DNA from: Desulfatiglandales bacterium
GTDB lineage: Bacteria > Desulfobacterota > DSM-4660 > Desulfatiglandales > Desulfatiglandaceae
Length of the DNA stretch: 64,000 nucleotides
Assembly: GCA_963666345.1 (NCBI GenBank)
Contig: OY762721.1
Coordinates: 3,680,001 to 3,744,000 of the forward strand
Reading direction: 5' to 3'
Numbering within the stretch: position 1 is the stretch's first letter; every line of letters begins with the position of its first letter. The notes beneath the pieces are model-generated. The model saw nothing but the letters and a program-made list of their open reading frames with translations. It had not been told where the DNA came from and searched no databases. Positions 1-8,317 of this stretch are shown here, piece after piece. The translations under genes and the position numbers were made by a program.

Positions 1-696
1 CCCCCGCTTGCAAAGGAGGCCCAGGAGAGGTTCAACTGCCCCATCCTCGGGACATACGGCACGCAGGATACAGGTTCCATATCAGGGGTGCCGATCGACG
101 CACCCGAGGACCTGAGAAACTTCACCGTTGGAAGGCTTCATCCGGGAATAGAGATAAAGATACTGGATGATGAGGGAAACCGGGTTGAAAAAGGGGGCGT
201 GGGCACCCTATGGTTCAAGGGGCCGGGAAATTCGATCGGTTATTACAGGGATATAGATAAAACCATGAACGAGGCCTTTGACAGGGACGGTTTTGCCACG
301 CCCGGAGACCTTGTGGAGCTTATGGATGACGGTTATATCAAGATCATGGGCAGGAAGAAGAACATCATCATAAGGGGCGGGCAGAACATATATCCAAGGG
401 AGATAGAGGACTATCTGCTGGCGCACGAAAAGGTCACTAACGCGGCCGTCGTTCCCATGCCTGATCCTCAGATGGGTGAGAGGGCGTGCGCCTTTGTCAC
501 GGTCAAAAAGGGAGAGATGTTCCAATTCGAGGAGATGATCGCATATCTCAAGGAAAAGAAGATCGCTCCCTTTAAGCTGCCTGAAAGGCTCGAGGTACTC
601 GACGCCCTTCCCCTGGTCGGGGAAAGCGGCAAGATAAACAACAAGGAAATGGTCAGGATCATAACCGAGAAGCTTAAGGAGGAGGGGAAGATCTAA
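1..696 (+). CDS. AMP-dependent acyl-CoA ligase, C-terminal part (5' end outside the window)
   Basis: Frame is open from base 1. Adenylate-forming motifs YGTQDTG, PGDL, GRKKNIIIRGGQNIYPREIE and FKLPERLE are present. Confidence 0.9.
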   Translation, partial: PPLAKEAQERFNCPILGTYGTQDTGSISGVPIDAPEDLRNFTVGRLHPGIEIKILDDEGNRVEKGGVGTLWFKGPGNSIGYYRDIDKTMNEAFDRDGFATPGDLVELMDDGYIKIMGRKKNIIIRGGQNIYPREIEDYLLAHEKVTNAAVVPMPDPQMGERACAFVTVKKGEMFQFEEMIAYLKEKKIAPFKLPERLEVLDALPLVGESGKINNKEMVRIITEKLKEEGKI

Positions 697-732
697 CGGC
701 CTCCCCGGTTCGGGAATATAGCCGTGGTGTAG

Positions 733-847
733 GGTTATATGTTATAGGTTATTTGAAAATGAGTGAACAGAAGCCTTGTCTTCGGCTGCGTACTCTAGTT
801 TTCCGGCAATCTTTCTAACCAATAACGAACAACCAGATGCCTAACCA
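733..847. repeat. Complementary heptamer tandem repeats (GGTTATA-like x3 ... TAACCAA-like x3) forming an imperfect long hairpin
   Basis: ggttata/tgttata/ggttatt at 733-753; taaccaa/taacgaa/caaccag at 816-836. Confidence 0.55.
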
Positions 848-912
848 GTGTGCCATTTTAAGGAAACGTGGGCAAACGAGTGGTTGCTCCATGCCAGGAA
901 GGAATCCCCCCC

Positions 913-1509
913 ATGACCCATGACGGCAAAAGGCCCCTGATCCTCTTTGTATGCTGCGGAAACAGGGAAAGGAGCGTGATAGCGGAAAACCTTTTTAAAA
1001 AGATGCTGAAAAAGGGATATCCTGATTTATCAGACCGGGTGGATGCGGCCTCAGCCGGCATATTCCCCAGGTCATATTTAGAGCATGCAGGGGAAAACGG
1101 GGTCTTTTTCGAAGAACCTTTTTTTTCAAAAAAGGCCAATACCTATGCCGTGGATTACCTCCTGAAAAAGGGGATAGACGTAGCATCATACAGGTCAAGG
1201 CGGATTAACTCAGGTCTTGTCACAGATGCCCTTCTCATACTTGCCGTAGATCGGGTGATAAGGGATGAGATCCTTTTCTTTTATCCGGAGGTCCAAGGCA
1301 GGGTCCATACCCTCAGGGAGTTCGTGTTCGGCCCGGAAGGGGACCTCGATATAGGTGATCCCATGAAACTGCCCGTTGTTGATAAGGACACCGGCGCCTG
1401 GATATGGCCTGACGAATACCCCGTGAGGTATATAAAGGAGATCGAGGAGAGCCTTGAAAAGGGAATGGTCAAGATAGTGGCTTACATAATGAGCGAGGGG
1501 ATGGATTAG
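913..1509 (+). CDS. Low-molecular-weight protein-tyrosine-phosphatase/arsenate-reductase fold protein
   Basis: P-loop FVCCGNRERS (CX5R), SAG motif and C-terminal IGDP. The ATG at 913 was chosen over the GTG at 868. Confidence 0.8.
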   Translation: MTHDGKRPLILFVCCGNRERSVIAENLFKKMLKKGYPDLSDRVDAASAGIFPRSYLEHAGENGVFFEEPFFSKKANTYAVDYLLKKGIDVASYRSRRINSGLVTDALLILAVDRVIRDEILFFYPEVQGRVHTLREFVFGPEGDLDIGDPMKLPVVDKDTGAWIWPDEYPVRYIKEIEESLEKGMVKIVAYIMSEGMD

Positions 1510-1510
1510 A

Positions 1511-2749
1511 TTGAATAGAACAAAGGGTGCGATCATAGTTCTGGTAATGGCTGAGGAAAAATGGGTGGAGGCGAATTTTTTCCGTGCTCAAATTACCTCT
1601 CTCGGCCACAGGGCCGAGATCCTTGATATGGGCCTTACCGGAGGGCCTGCCGGGCCCTGCGCTATCGGACGGGAGGAGGTGATAGCGGCAGGCGGCACAG
1701 GCGTGGACGAGGCCTCTCTTATAACGGACAGGGGCAAGAGGATGCCCCTTATGATAAAGGGGGGGAGAAAAAAGGTAAAAGAGCTTTACGAACAGGGAAT
1801 GCTCACAGGGGTCGTGAGCCTTGGGGGGACCACGGGGACCCAGATGGGGACCTCCATCATGAAGGCGCTTCCATTCGGCGTTCCCAAGCTCGCGGTGTCA
1901 AGCACGGCATCGCTTAAGGGGTTCGCCTCAAGATACCTCGGTACATCGGATGTCTCGCTCATGCACACGGTGGTCGAGATCGCGGGGCTTAACCGGTTCA
2001 TGAAAAACGCGCTTGCACGCGCGGCAGGGGCCGTGTGCGGCATGGTGGAGGGGGGGCTCAGGGAGCCTGTCGCGCCGGAACAGGGGGGTGTGAGTCCGGT
2101 TGTAGCCATGACCCACTTCGGGCCGTGCGAACATTGCGCGGTAAGGGTTCGAAATCTACTTGAGGAGCGCGGTTACCAGGTGGTGGGTTTTTCCGCTGCC
2201 GGTATCGGGGATCGGGCCATGGAGGAGATAATCGAATCGGGCGGCGTCTTTTCTGCGGTCATAGATCTTGCCACGGGCGGGGTGGGTGAGGAACTGCTGG
2301 GATTTGCCAGGGCAGCGGGGGCCTCAAGGCTTGAGGCGGCGGGAAAAAAGGGGATACCGCAGGTGATTGCCACAAGCGGGGTCAATTTCGGCTCCCCCTG
2401 GAAGTACAGGTACAAGCCTGAATATGAGTCAAGAAAAAAAATTGAGTATGACAGAGCCCGCACCTTTATAAGGCTCTCGCAAGACGAGTTGGTCCGGGTG
2501 GCGACCGTCATGGCGGAAAAGTTGAACCGCGCAGCGGGTCCGGTGAGGGTGGTAATCCCGCTTGGCGGGTGGTCATCCGTTGATAAGAAGGGAAGCTTCT
2601 TTTATGATGGTGAGGCGGATCAGGTATTTGTCGAGACGCTGGAAAGGGAATTGCGGGACGATATCGAGGTCAGGGAAGTGGACGCGGACCTTGAGACGGA
2701 TGAATTCGCAAAGGTTATCGTGGATTCGTTTCTGGAAATTATTTCGTAG
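1511..2749 (+). CDS. UPF0261 / Tm-1-like ATP-binding domain protein
   Basis: Motifs GGTTGT, MKALPFGVPKLAVS, VEIAGLN, GDRAME and IPLGGWSSVD; 412 aa. Confidence 0.85.
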   Translation: MNRTKGAIIVLVMAEEKWVEANFFRAQITSLGHRAEILDMGLTGGPAGPCAIGREEVIAAGGTGVDEASLITDRGKRMPLMIKGGRKKVKELYEQGMLTGVVSLGGTTGTQMGTSIMKALPFGVPKLAVSSTASLKGFASRYLGTSDVSLMHTVVEIAGLNRFMKNALARAAGAVCGMVEGGLREPVAPEQGGVSPVVAMTHFGPCEHCAVRVRNLLEERGYQVVGFSAAGIGDRAMEEIIESGGVFSAVIDLATGGVGEELLGFARAAGASRLEAAGKKGIPQVIATSGVNFGSPWKYRYKPEYESRKKIEYDRARTFIRLSQDELVRVATVMAEKLNRAAGPVRVVIPLGGWSSVDKKGSFFYDGEADQVFVETLERELRDDIEVREVDADLETDEFAKVIVDSFLEIIS

Positions 2750-2794
2750 AGAGAATCAGGTGCCGGTTGCCTGATAAACGCGCGGGGGCCTTAC

Positions 2795-3178
2795 ATGGAA
2801 TACAGGTTCATGACGCATGAGGGGTGCTATGATCTTGTGGCGAACGCAAGACTGGTGGGAGACGATCTGCTGGTTGCCATATGGGGCGGAGACAGGCCCC
2901 ATATCGGCGCTGTATCCATGGCCCAGCCCAGGGCAAGCCTCAGGGACCCTTCAAAGCTGAGTGCTACTGCTTCCGTGTTCACGTATGTGGGGCACAAGGA
3001 GGACATTCTCGCAAAACCCGCTTCAGAGACCCTGGCCTCCGCCCTGAACAAGAAGGTGGTGGTAACGGCAGGTATCCACTGGGATGATATGGAAGAAAAG
3101 GGCATTAAAAGGGTGATAAAAAACTGTGAGATTCTGATCGGGATGATTGTAAAGGAGTTTTCATCTTCAAAAAGCTGA
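2795..3178 (+). CDS. LpdD-like prenylated-flavin chaperone
   Basis: GGDRPHIGAV...GHKED...VVVTAGIH pattern; adjacent to ubiX. Confidence 0.7.
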   Translation: MEYRFMTHEGCYDLVANARLVGDDLLVAIWGGDRPHIGAVSMAQPRASLRDPSKLSATASVFTYVGHKEDILAKPASETLASALNKKVVVTAGIHWDDMEEKGIKRVIKNCEILIGMIVKEFSSSKS

Positions 3179-3207
3179 CTCTGTCAGGCGTGGGGGATGG
3201 TTCTAAA

Positions 3208-3780
3208 ATGAAAAAAAGACTCATTATCGCGATAACCGGCGCAAGCGGTGTGATTTACGGTGTGAGGATGCTCGAACTGATAAGGGAACACGGCTTTGAG
3301 ACGCATCTTATAATATCAGAGGCGGGCAAGAAGAATATCGAGATCGAGACAGGCTTTAAGCTCAGGGATATAAAGGCGCTTGCCGATTACAGCCATGAAA
3401 ACATGGACGTGGGGGCCCCGCTTGCAAGCGGCTCGTTTCTGACGGGGGGTATGGTGGTGGTGCCCTGTACCATCAAGACCCTGTCAGGGATTACCAATTC
3501 CTACAACGACAACCTGATCGTGAGGGCGGCAGACGTCACGTTAAAGGAGGGGCGCAAGCTGGTGCTGGTTGTAAGGGAGACCCCTCTTCACAAGGGGCAT
3601 CTGAGACTCATGACCATGGCGGCCGATGTGGGCGCCCACATACTTCCCCCGGTCCCATCCTTTTATAACAAGCCTGAAACCATCGACGACATAATCAATC
3701 AGACCATAGGAAAGATCTTCGACTACCTGGGCGTGGAGCACGATCTGTTTGCCCGCTGGGGAAGATATGACTCATGCTGA
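3208..3780 (+). CDS. ubiX: Flavin prenyltransferase UbiX
   Basis: Motifs ITGASG, ASGS, PCTIKTL, RAADVTLKE and RETP. Confidence 0.95.
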   Translation: MKKRLIIAITGASGVIYGVRMLELIREHGFETHLIISEAGKKNIEIETGFKLRDIKALADYSHENMDVGAPLASGSFLTGGMVVVPCTIKTLSGITNSYNDNLIVRAADVTLKEGRKLVLVVRETPLHKGHLRLMTMAADVGAHILPPVPSFYNKPETIDDIINQTIGKIFDYLGVEHDLFARWGRYDSC

Positions 3781-3794
3781 ATAAATGCTGATAG

Positions 3795-4106
3795 TCATAA
3801 AAACAGACTTGCAATGGATGGGACCCGCTCGGCAATTTTGACCGCTATTTGACCGAGCTTTTCTATCTGCGCCTTGAGTTGTGCCTGAGACAGGTTGACC
3901 CTTGAGGCCTCCTTTACAACGGTGATGAGTTCATCATATTTTTCAAGGTCCGTGGTATCCGGCGTGATTGTGTCCACCTCGGCACGCGAGAGACCTTCCA
4001 GTTCGTTAAGCTGATCCTTGTATATCCCCTTAAATACCTCCCGTCCCTTTTCAAGGGTTTCTTCAAGGTCCGCCTCAAATCCTTCAAGATCAAAATCATC
4101 CGACAT
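3795..4106 (-). CDS. Hypothetical acidic helical protein (103 aa)
   Basis: ORF with RBS (GGAGGG), 3 nt downstream of the preceding gene. Confidence 0.75.
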   Translation of the reverse strand: MSDDFDLEGFEADLEETLEKGREVFKGIYKDQLNELEGLSRAEVDTITPDTTDLEKYDELITVVKEASRVNLSQAQLKAQIEKLGQIAVKIAERVPSIASLFL

Positions 4107-4109
4107 CTC

Positions 4110-4859
4110 TTATCCCTCCTTATTGCCTTTGCCGATATTATCCTTAAGTTCGTTTATTGCCGACTTTAGATCAATGGCAAACTCCTCCGCCTTTTTGATC
4201 TTGTCATCGGCCTTCTCGGCCGTCTCAACAAGGGTTCCGATCCTCTCGGATGCCCGGGCCAGCGTGTCGCCGATATCCTTTCCGAGGTCTCGTTCAACCC
4301 CGATCTTATCCAGCAGTTCTGCCTGTGTCTCATGCACCTTTGCAACAGAGGAAAGATGACCGGTCACAATCGAATTGGCATAATGAATCTGCTGGTAGGC
4401 CCGGTCTATGGAGCCTGTCACCTCTTTTTCCTGCGCCTTGAGCGGGTCGAGCAGCTCACTGCGCATCGCCTCCACATCTTGTCTGATCTTGCCCACCATT
4501 ATAGCCATGCCCTTTAGGACATTTTCCTGAAGTTTCGGGGAGGCATCCGGCTTGAATGCAGCGTTTATCGCAAGAAGTAGAGACCTCTTCCTTTCCTTTT
4601 CCTTCGAACTTCTTGCCAGTTCCCACTGGCGGTTCATGGCGTTTCCGATCTGAAAGGGTGCGTAAACGTCGTCTATGAAGCGGTTCACGTCACGCCTCAT
4701 CCTTGTGAAAAATAACTGTGCAAGCTCTCGATGTGCCTTGTAAACCACCGTAAGGTCCCGGCCGACCGTTGCTGAAAGCTCAACCGACTCCTTGGGAACC
4801 TGGGCGCATGAGCAGAAAATGAGGAAGGATATAAAAATGAATATCGACCTGCGTGGCAT
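4110..4859 (-). CDS. Hypothetical lipoprotein, helical/coiled-coil
   Basis: Signal peptide with lipobox-like FCSC-AQ; strong RBS AAGGAGG. Confidence 0.8.
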   Translation of the reverse strand: MPRRSIFIFISFLIFCSCAQVPKESVELSATVGRDLTVVYKAHRELAQLFFTRMRRDVNRFIDDVYAPFQIGNAMNRQWELARSSKEKERKRSLLLAINAAFKPDASPKLQENVLKGMAIMVGKIRQDVEAMRSELLDPLKAQEKEVTGSIDRAYQQIHYANSIVTGHLSSVAKVHETQAELLDKIGVERDLGKDIGDTLARASERIGTLVETAEKADDKIKKAEEFAIDLKSAINELKDNIGKGNKEG

Positions 4860-4925
4860 CTCAATTCCTCCTTTTGTGGTGCTTCAAAAGTTGTGTTCAA
4901 CTGTTAGGCATGATCGGGTAAAATC

Positions 4926-5336
4926 CTATTTGTGCGCGAATGCCCATGAAAAAGAGATGCCGAATTCTTCCTTTCCGCCCACCCTGACCGCCGTTAGAAA
5001 GGCGGAGGCCAACCACTTTTTCATGCCCGCCTTGGTGACAAGGTCGCTGTAGAACTTGGCGTCCACACGCTTTTTTTCAGGGTCATTGCCCGGGTCCCCG
5101 TAGGCGTAACAGAGGTCATGGGGCAGGCAGCATTTATAGGTGATATCCTTCCAGTCACAGCCGGTAAAAAGACCCATTACCCTGTCGGGAAGCATGGAGC
5201 AGCCATCAAAGGTCCAGTCTTTGTAGTCGTCCGGTTTCGATTCGATCCTGTCAACCAGGTAATCGAGATCAAAATGGCGGCACAGCTCAAGTGCCGCGCG
5301 AGCGTTCATGACCTCTCCTATTTCAGGCAGATCCAT
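4926..5336 (-). CDS. Small protein with a phospholipase A2-like motif
   Basis: FDGCS...CCLPHDLCY...D; RBS GAGGAGG. Confidence 0.65.
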   Translation of the reverse strand: MDLPEIGEVMNARAALELCRHFDLDYLVDRIESKPDDYKDWTFDGCSMLPDRVMGLFTGCDWKDITYKCCLPHDLCYAYGDPGNDPEKKRVDAKFYSDLVTKAGMKKWLASAFLTAVRVGGKEEFGISFSWAFAHK

Positions 5337-5352
5337 TTTCCCTCCTCTTGTT

Positions 5353-5534
5353 TCAATAGCTTTTCAGCATGTCCGTTACCAGAACCAGGTTTGCCCTGGC
5401 AGCCATCTGAAATCGGTAACGGTCTGTCTTTTCAAACCCTGTTTCAGACTCAAGGTGGCGGCTTTCATTATCCCTGCTCGCTGCGGTCTGTTTGCAATGG
5501 CGTATGTCACATAAAAGTGAAAGTCCTTTTCCAT
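5353..5534 (-). pseudogene. Internally deleted remnant of a DUF6765-like gene
   Basis: Start MEKDFHFYVTYAIA is joined out of frame to a C-terminus GFEKTDRYRFQMAARANLVLVTDMLKSY*. Family assignment is from memory. Confidence 0.5.
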
Positions 5535-5561
5535 CTCCAGCTCATTTCCGCCTCAGGGCCT

Positions 5562-6788
5562 TTATATGGTGTGAAGACTGTCCTTTGCCTTTTTAAGCCT
5601 TTCTATGGCAAGGCTTCCACTTATGATGCAGTATGCGTTTTCAAGATACGCGGCATTAAGCCCGGTTGTCTCGGCAAGCCTTCCAAGCCTTTCCTCTTGT
5701 CCCAGGATCTTGAAACCGAGGATGGTCCTTACCCCTGCCGCCCTCAGCTTTGCCGCGTCCGAGCCGAACTGGAGGCAGAGCCTTCCCTGAAGCATCCAGT
5801 CGACAAGTTCCCTCGGCTTGAACGGGGTGTTGAGTATCAGCTCAATGAGGCTTGCCTTTACAAGGTTCTGCACGTTGTCGATCCCCTGCTCAAAGAACCT
5901 CTCCTTGTGGTAGGAGGTTATGCCCTCGAGCAGGTCGAGGGGAAGCCTTGAGGCCCTCTGCTCCGGCCTGCTTGCCGAGAATTTGAAGCGCTCCGCCATG
6001 TAGGTAAGGGCGCGCTGGGGGAAAAAGCCTATAAGAAACGAGATCACAGGGAGCATATCCGTCAATGTATCGTCAGGCACCAGGTCCACCCTGATTTCGC
6101 CCGACATGAGCTCACCTGATGGTAGGGCCGAGATAAAGTAGTAGAATATGAGCGAGACAAAGGTGCTCAGCACCATCCTGACACCCACCCCGTAATAGGC
6201 GGCAGGAGGAAGATCTATGGTGATAAGGCGTCTCAGGATGTAGCGTATCGACCATATGTAGGCGCCGAGGAATGCTATGAGCATGGAAAGAAGCGCCGGC
6301 GAACAGGTAAGATCCGATCCGTCATGCTCGAGCACGAGCTTCGGCACGGAAAGGAGCCTTTTCCCTCCCTCGCAGAACATGAGGCAGAAGGCCATTAGGC
6401 TGAATATGGTCACAAACAGGAGGGGCAGGGCATAGTCCCACTGGCTGTACCTTCTGTCCGACACGATCAGGGTATGGGCATCTTCAATGTCCACGTTCTT
6501 AAGATTCTCTATTATCCTTTCGTGCTCGATCTCTTTTCTTGGAAGTCGAAGTGTGCGGTATGATACGAATGTAAAGGGTAGAAAAGAGATGAGAAGGACA
6601 ATTCCCGCGTAGAAATACCAGCTCTCGGTAAAGGCCGCCACATTGGATGTCTTGACGTTGAGATAAACGATTAAAACAAGGGTTGCAAGGGTGAGCCCGA
6701 GCAGAAAGGCGAATGTCTTCCCACGCCTTTTTATGATCCCGGGCCGGTCTTTTTCCTTTTTCTGGCTCTCTTCAGGTAAGCTGTCCAT
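5562..6788 (-). CDS. Hypothetical multi-pass membrane protein with a soluble C-terminal HhH-like domain
   Basis: About 6 hydrophobic segments; C-terminal LPLDLLEGIT...GIDNVQNL; RBS AAGGAGG. Confidence 0.8.
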   Translation of the reverse strand: MDSLPEESQKKEKDRPGIIKRRGKTFAFLLGLTLATLVLIVYLNVKTSNVAAFTESWYFYAGIVLLISFLPFTFVSYRTLRLPRKEIEHERIIENLKNVDIEDAHTLIVSDRRYSQWDYALPLLFVTIFSLMAFCLMFCEGGKRLLSVPKLVLEHDGSDLTCSPALLSMLIAFLGAYIWSIRYILRRLITIDLPPAAYYGVGVRMVLSTFVSLIFYYFISALPSGELMSGEIRVDLVPDDTLTDMLPVISFLIGFFPQRALTYMAERFKFSASRPEQRASRLPLDLLEGITSYHKERFFEQGIDNVQNLVKASLIELILNTPFKPRELVDWMLQGRLCLQFGSDAAKLRAAGVRTILGFKILGQEERLGRLAETTGLNAAYLENAYCIISGSLAIERLKKAKDSLHTI

Positions 6789-6896
6789 TCCGGATACCTC
6801 CTTTTACGATATAAGGATGGTTTTGTTTACCAGGACAACTTCGTATCCCTCCCTACAGGGCGGCGGAGTGTTTAAGTGAGGGCGTTATTGAGACAC

Positions 6897-6922
6897 ATGA
6901 TGCACATAAATTTGTGCATCAT
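6897..6922. promoter_or_regulatory. Palindrome ATGATGCACA-N6-TGTGCATCAT
   Basis: Perfect 10-bp arms; member of the TGCACA-N6-TGTGCA family. Confidence 0.7.
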
Positions 6923-6980
6923 TAGGATAAGGTCCTGCCTGAAAGTTTAAAAAATCACAAAAGCCAAATATTAAACATAA

Positions 6981-6993
6981 TATCAATAGGTTG
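6981..6993. promoter_or_regulatory. IHF-like binding site
   Basis: TATCAATAGGTTG matches WATCAANNNNTTR, with an A/T-rich 5' flank. Confidence 0.5.
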
Positions 6994-7028
6994 AATTTGT
7001 AAAAAGAACACTTACGCATGATATATGA

Positions 7029-7044
7029 AGCAAGTAGCGTGCCC
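7029..7044 (-). promoter_or_regulatory. Sigma-54 (-24/-12) promoter facing the 6788-3795 operon
   Basis: Minus strand reads GGGCACGCTACTTGCT: exact GG-N10-GC spacing, close to TGGCACG-N4-TTGCW. Confidence 0.65.
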
Positions 7045-7217
7045 CTTATTGTGTGCCGTGGAAAACCCAAATGGAAAAAGATGAATGAATCAGGCAGGTG
7101 CCTGTGGAAGACAGATATGGTAAGGGAATCAGTGGGTTTTGGAAAATTTTCTTATCTTGGGAGAGGGCATGAAAAATGAAGGAGGGTAAAGGGGCGATTT
7201 TGATTTTTTCGTTTTTT

Positions 7218-7257
7218 TGCACATTTTTTTGTGCATGAGTGCACATGATTATGTGCA
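7218..7257. repeat. Two TGCACA-N6-TGTGCA palindromes 22 bp apart
   Basis: Sites at 7218-7235 and 7240-7257. Confidence 0.8.
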
Positions 7258-7319
7258 AAAATCTCTGATAGTGGTGGTTACTCCCTGAAATGATATTGAA
7301 AAATGATTCAGGGCATGAT

Positions 7320-7341
7320 AGACTAGTCTGAAACTAGTCTG
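7320..7341. promoter_or_regulatory. Probable toxin-antitoxin operator (tandem ACTAGTCTG; palindrome AGACTAGTCT)
   Basis: agactagtctg aaactagtctg lies immediately upstream of the antitoxin RBS. Confidence 0.6.
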
Positions 7342-7352
7342 AGGAGTGAACC

Positions 7353-7592
7353 ATGGAAAAAGTAGGAGCATATGAGGCCAAGACGCACCTGCCCAAGTTG
7401 CTTGAACGGGTGATGAAAGGGGAACGCATCACAATCACAAAACATGGTATCCCTGTCGCGGTACTCCAGTCGCCTGATCCTGAAAAAATGGTGAATACCG
7501 AATCGGTTATCGCCGAAATCCGTGAATTGCGGGACATGCATCGGCTTGACGGCGTCTCAATCCGTGAGATGATTGATGAAGGAAGAAGATGA
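7353..7592 (+). CDS. Phd/YefM family antitoxin
   Basis: VGAYEAKTHLPKLLERV..GERITITKHGIPVA. Confidence 0.92.
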   Translation: MEKVGAYEAKTHLPKLLERVMKGERITITKHGIPVAVLQSPDPEKMVNTESVIAEIRELRDMHRLDGVSIREMIDEGRR

Positions 7593-8011
7593 TAATGGGC
7601 TCCTTTGTGGTGGATAATTCAATTGTGATGTCATGGTGTTTTAAAGATGAGGCAAATCAATATGCCGATGCGGTGCTGGATTTTCTTTCCGAGGCAACCG
7701 CCTTTGTCCCGTCGATCTGGCCGTTTGAAGTAGTAAATGTATTGCTGGTGGCGGAGCGTCGAAAACGCCTCAGCGAAGCGGACAGCGTCCGGTTTATGAC
7801 ACTGTTGTCGCATCTGCCGATAGTTGTGGAATATGAACGTCCGGAAAGGACGATGAAGGATCTCCTGGCACTTGCAAGATCCAATAACCTTTCAAGCTAT
7901 GACGCCTCCTATCTCGATCTTTCCATGAGAAAGGGCATTCCCATTGCCACATCGGACAGACGGCTGATAGAGGCCTCAAAAAGGATCGATGTCCCGATTC
8001 TTGAAATTTGA
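7589..8011 (+). CDS. vapC: VapC (PIN domain) toxin
   Basis: VVDNS, EVVN, YDASY and TSDRRL acidic PIN residues; overlaps the antitoxin stop codon. Confidence 0.92.
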   Translation: MIMGSFVVDNSIVMSWCFKDEANQYADAVLDFLSEATAFVPSIWPFEVVNVLLVAERRKRLSEADSVRFMTLLSHLPIVVEYERPERTMKDLLALARSNNLSSYDASYLDLSMRKGIPIATSDRRLIEASKRIDVPILEI

Positions 8012-8080
8012 AATCTCTCTTCGATACCCATGTTTCAACTCTGTGATATTCAAAGTGAATTCAGGCCTTTGGTAAGCTAA

Positions 8081-8170
8081 TGCATGTTTTTTTTGTGCTC
8101 GGATAATTTTATGCACATAAAACTGTGCATCCTTGCTTCTCATTGCACATGTTTATGTGCATTTAGTAAA
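8081..8170. repeat. About 90-bp module with TGCACA-N6-TGTGCA sites (one degenerate, two intact); direct-repeat copy of 11364-11452
   Basis: Intact sites at 8112-8129 and 8144-8161; flanks cggataattttatgcacat and tgtgcatccttg are shared with the other copy. Confidence 0.8.
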
Positions 8171-8317
8171 ATTAACTATATGGTGCATCTTTTTATGATT
8201 CCAGTATCGGTTACGCTTTTATGGATGCGCAAAAAAAATAGTTTCTACTGTCAAATCTCTGATATTTTTGCTAAAAATCAGAGCATCATTTATGAGTTTC
8301 AATGTCAGTGAGGTAAA

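Noticed and set aside
4880..4910. GCCTAAC (minus strand) after the PLA2-like gene as an attC start
   Set aside because: No matching GTTRRRY half or pairing stem.
5118..5951. 277-aa plus-strand ORF
   Set aside because: Antisense shadow of minus-strand genes that have good RBSs; no motif.
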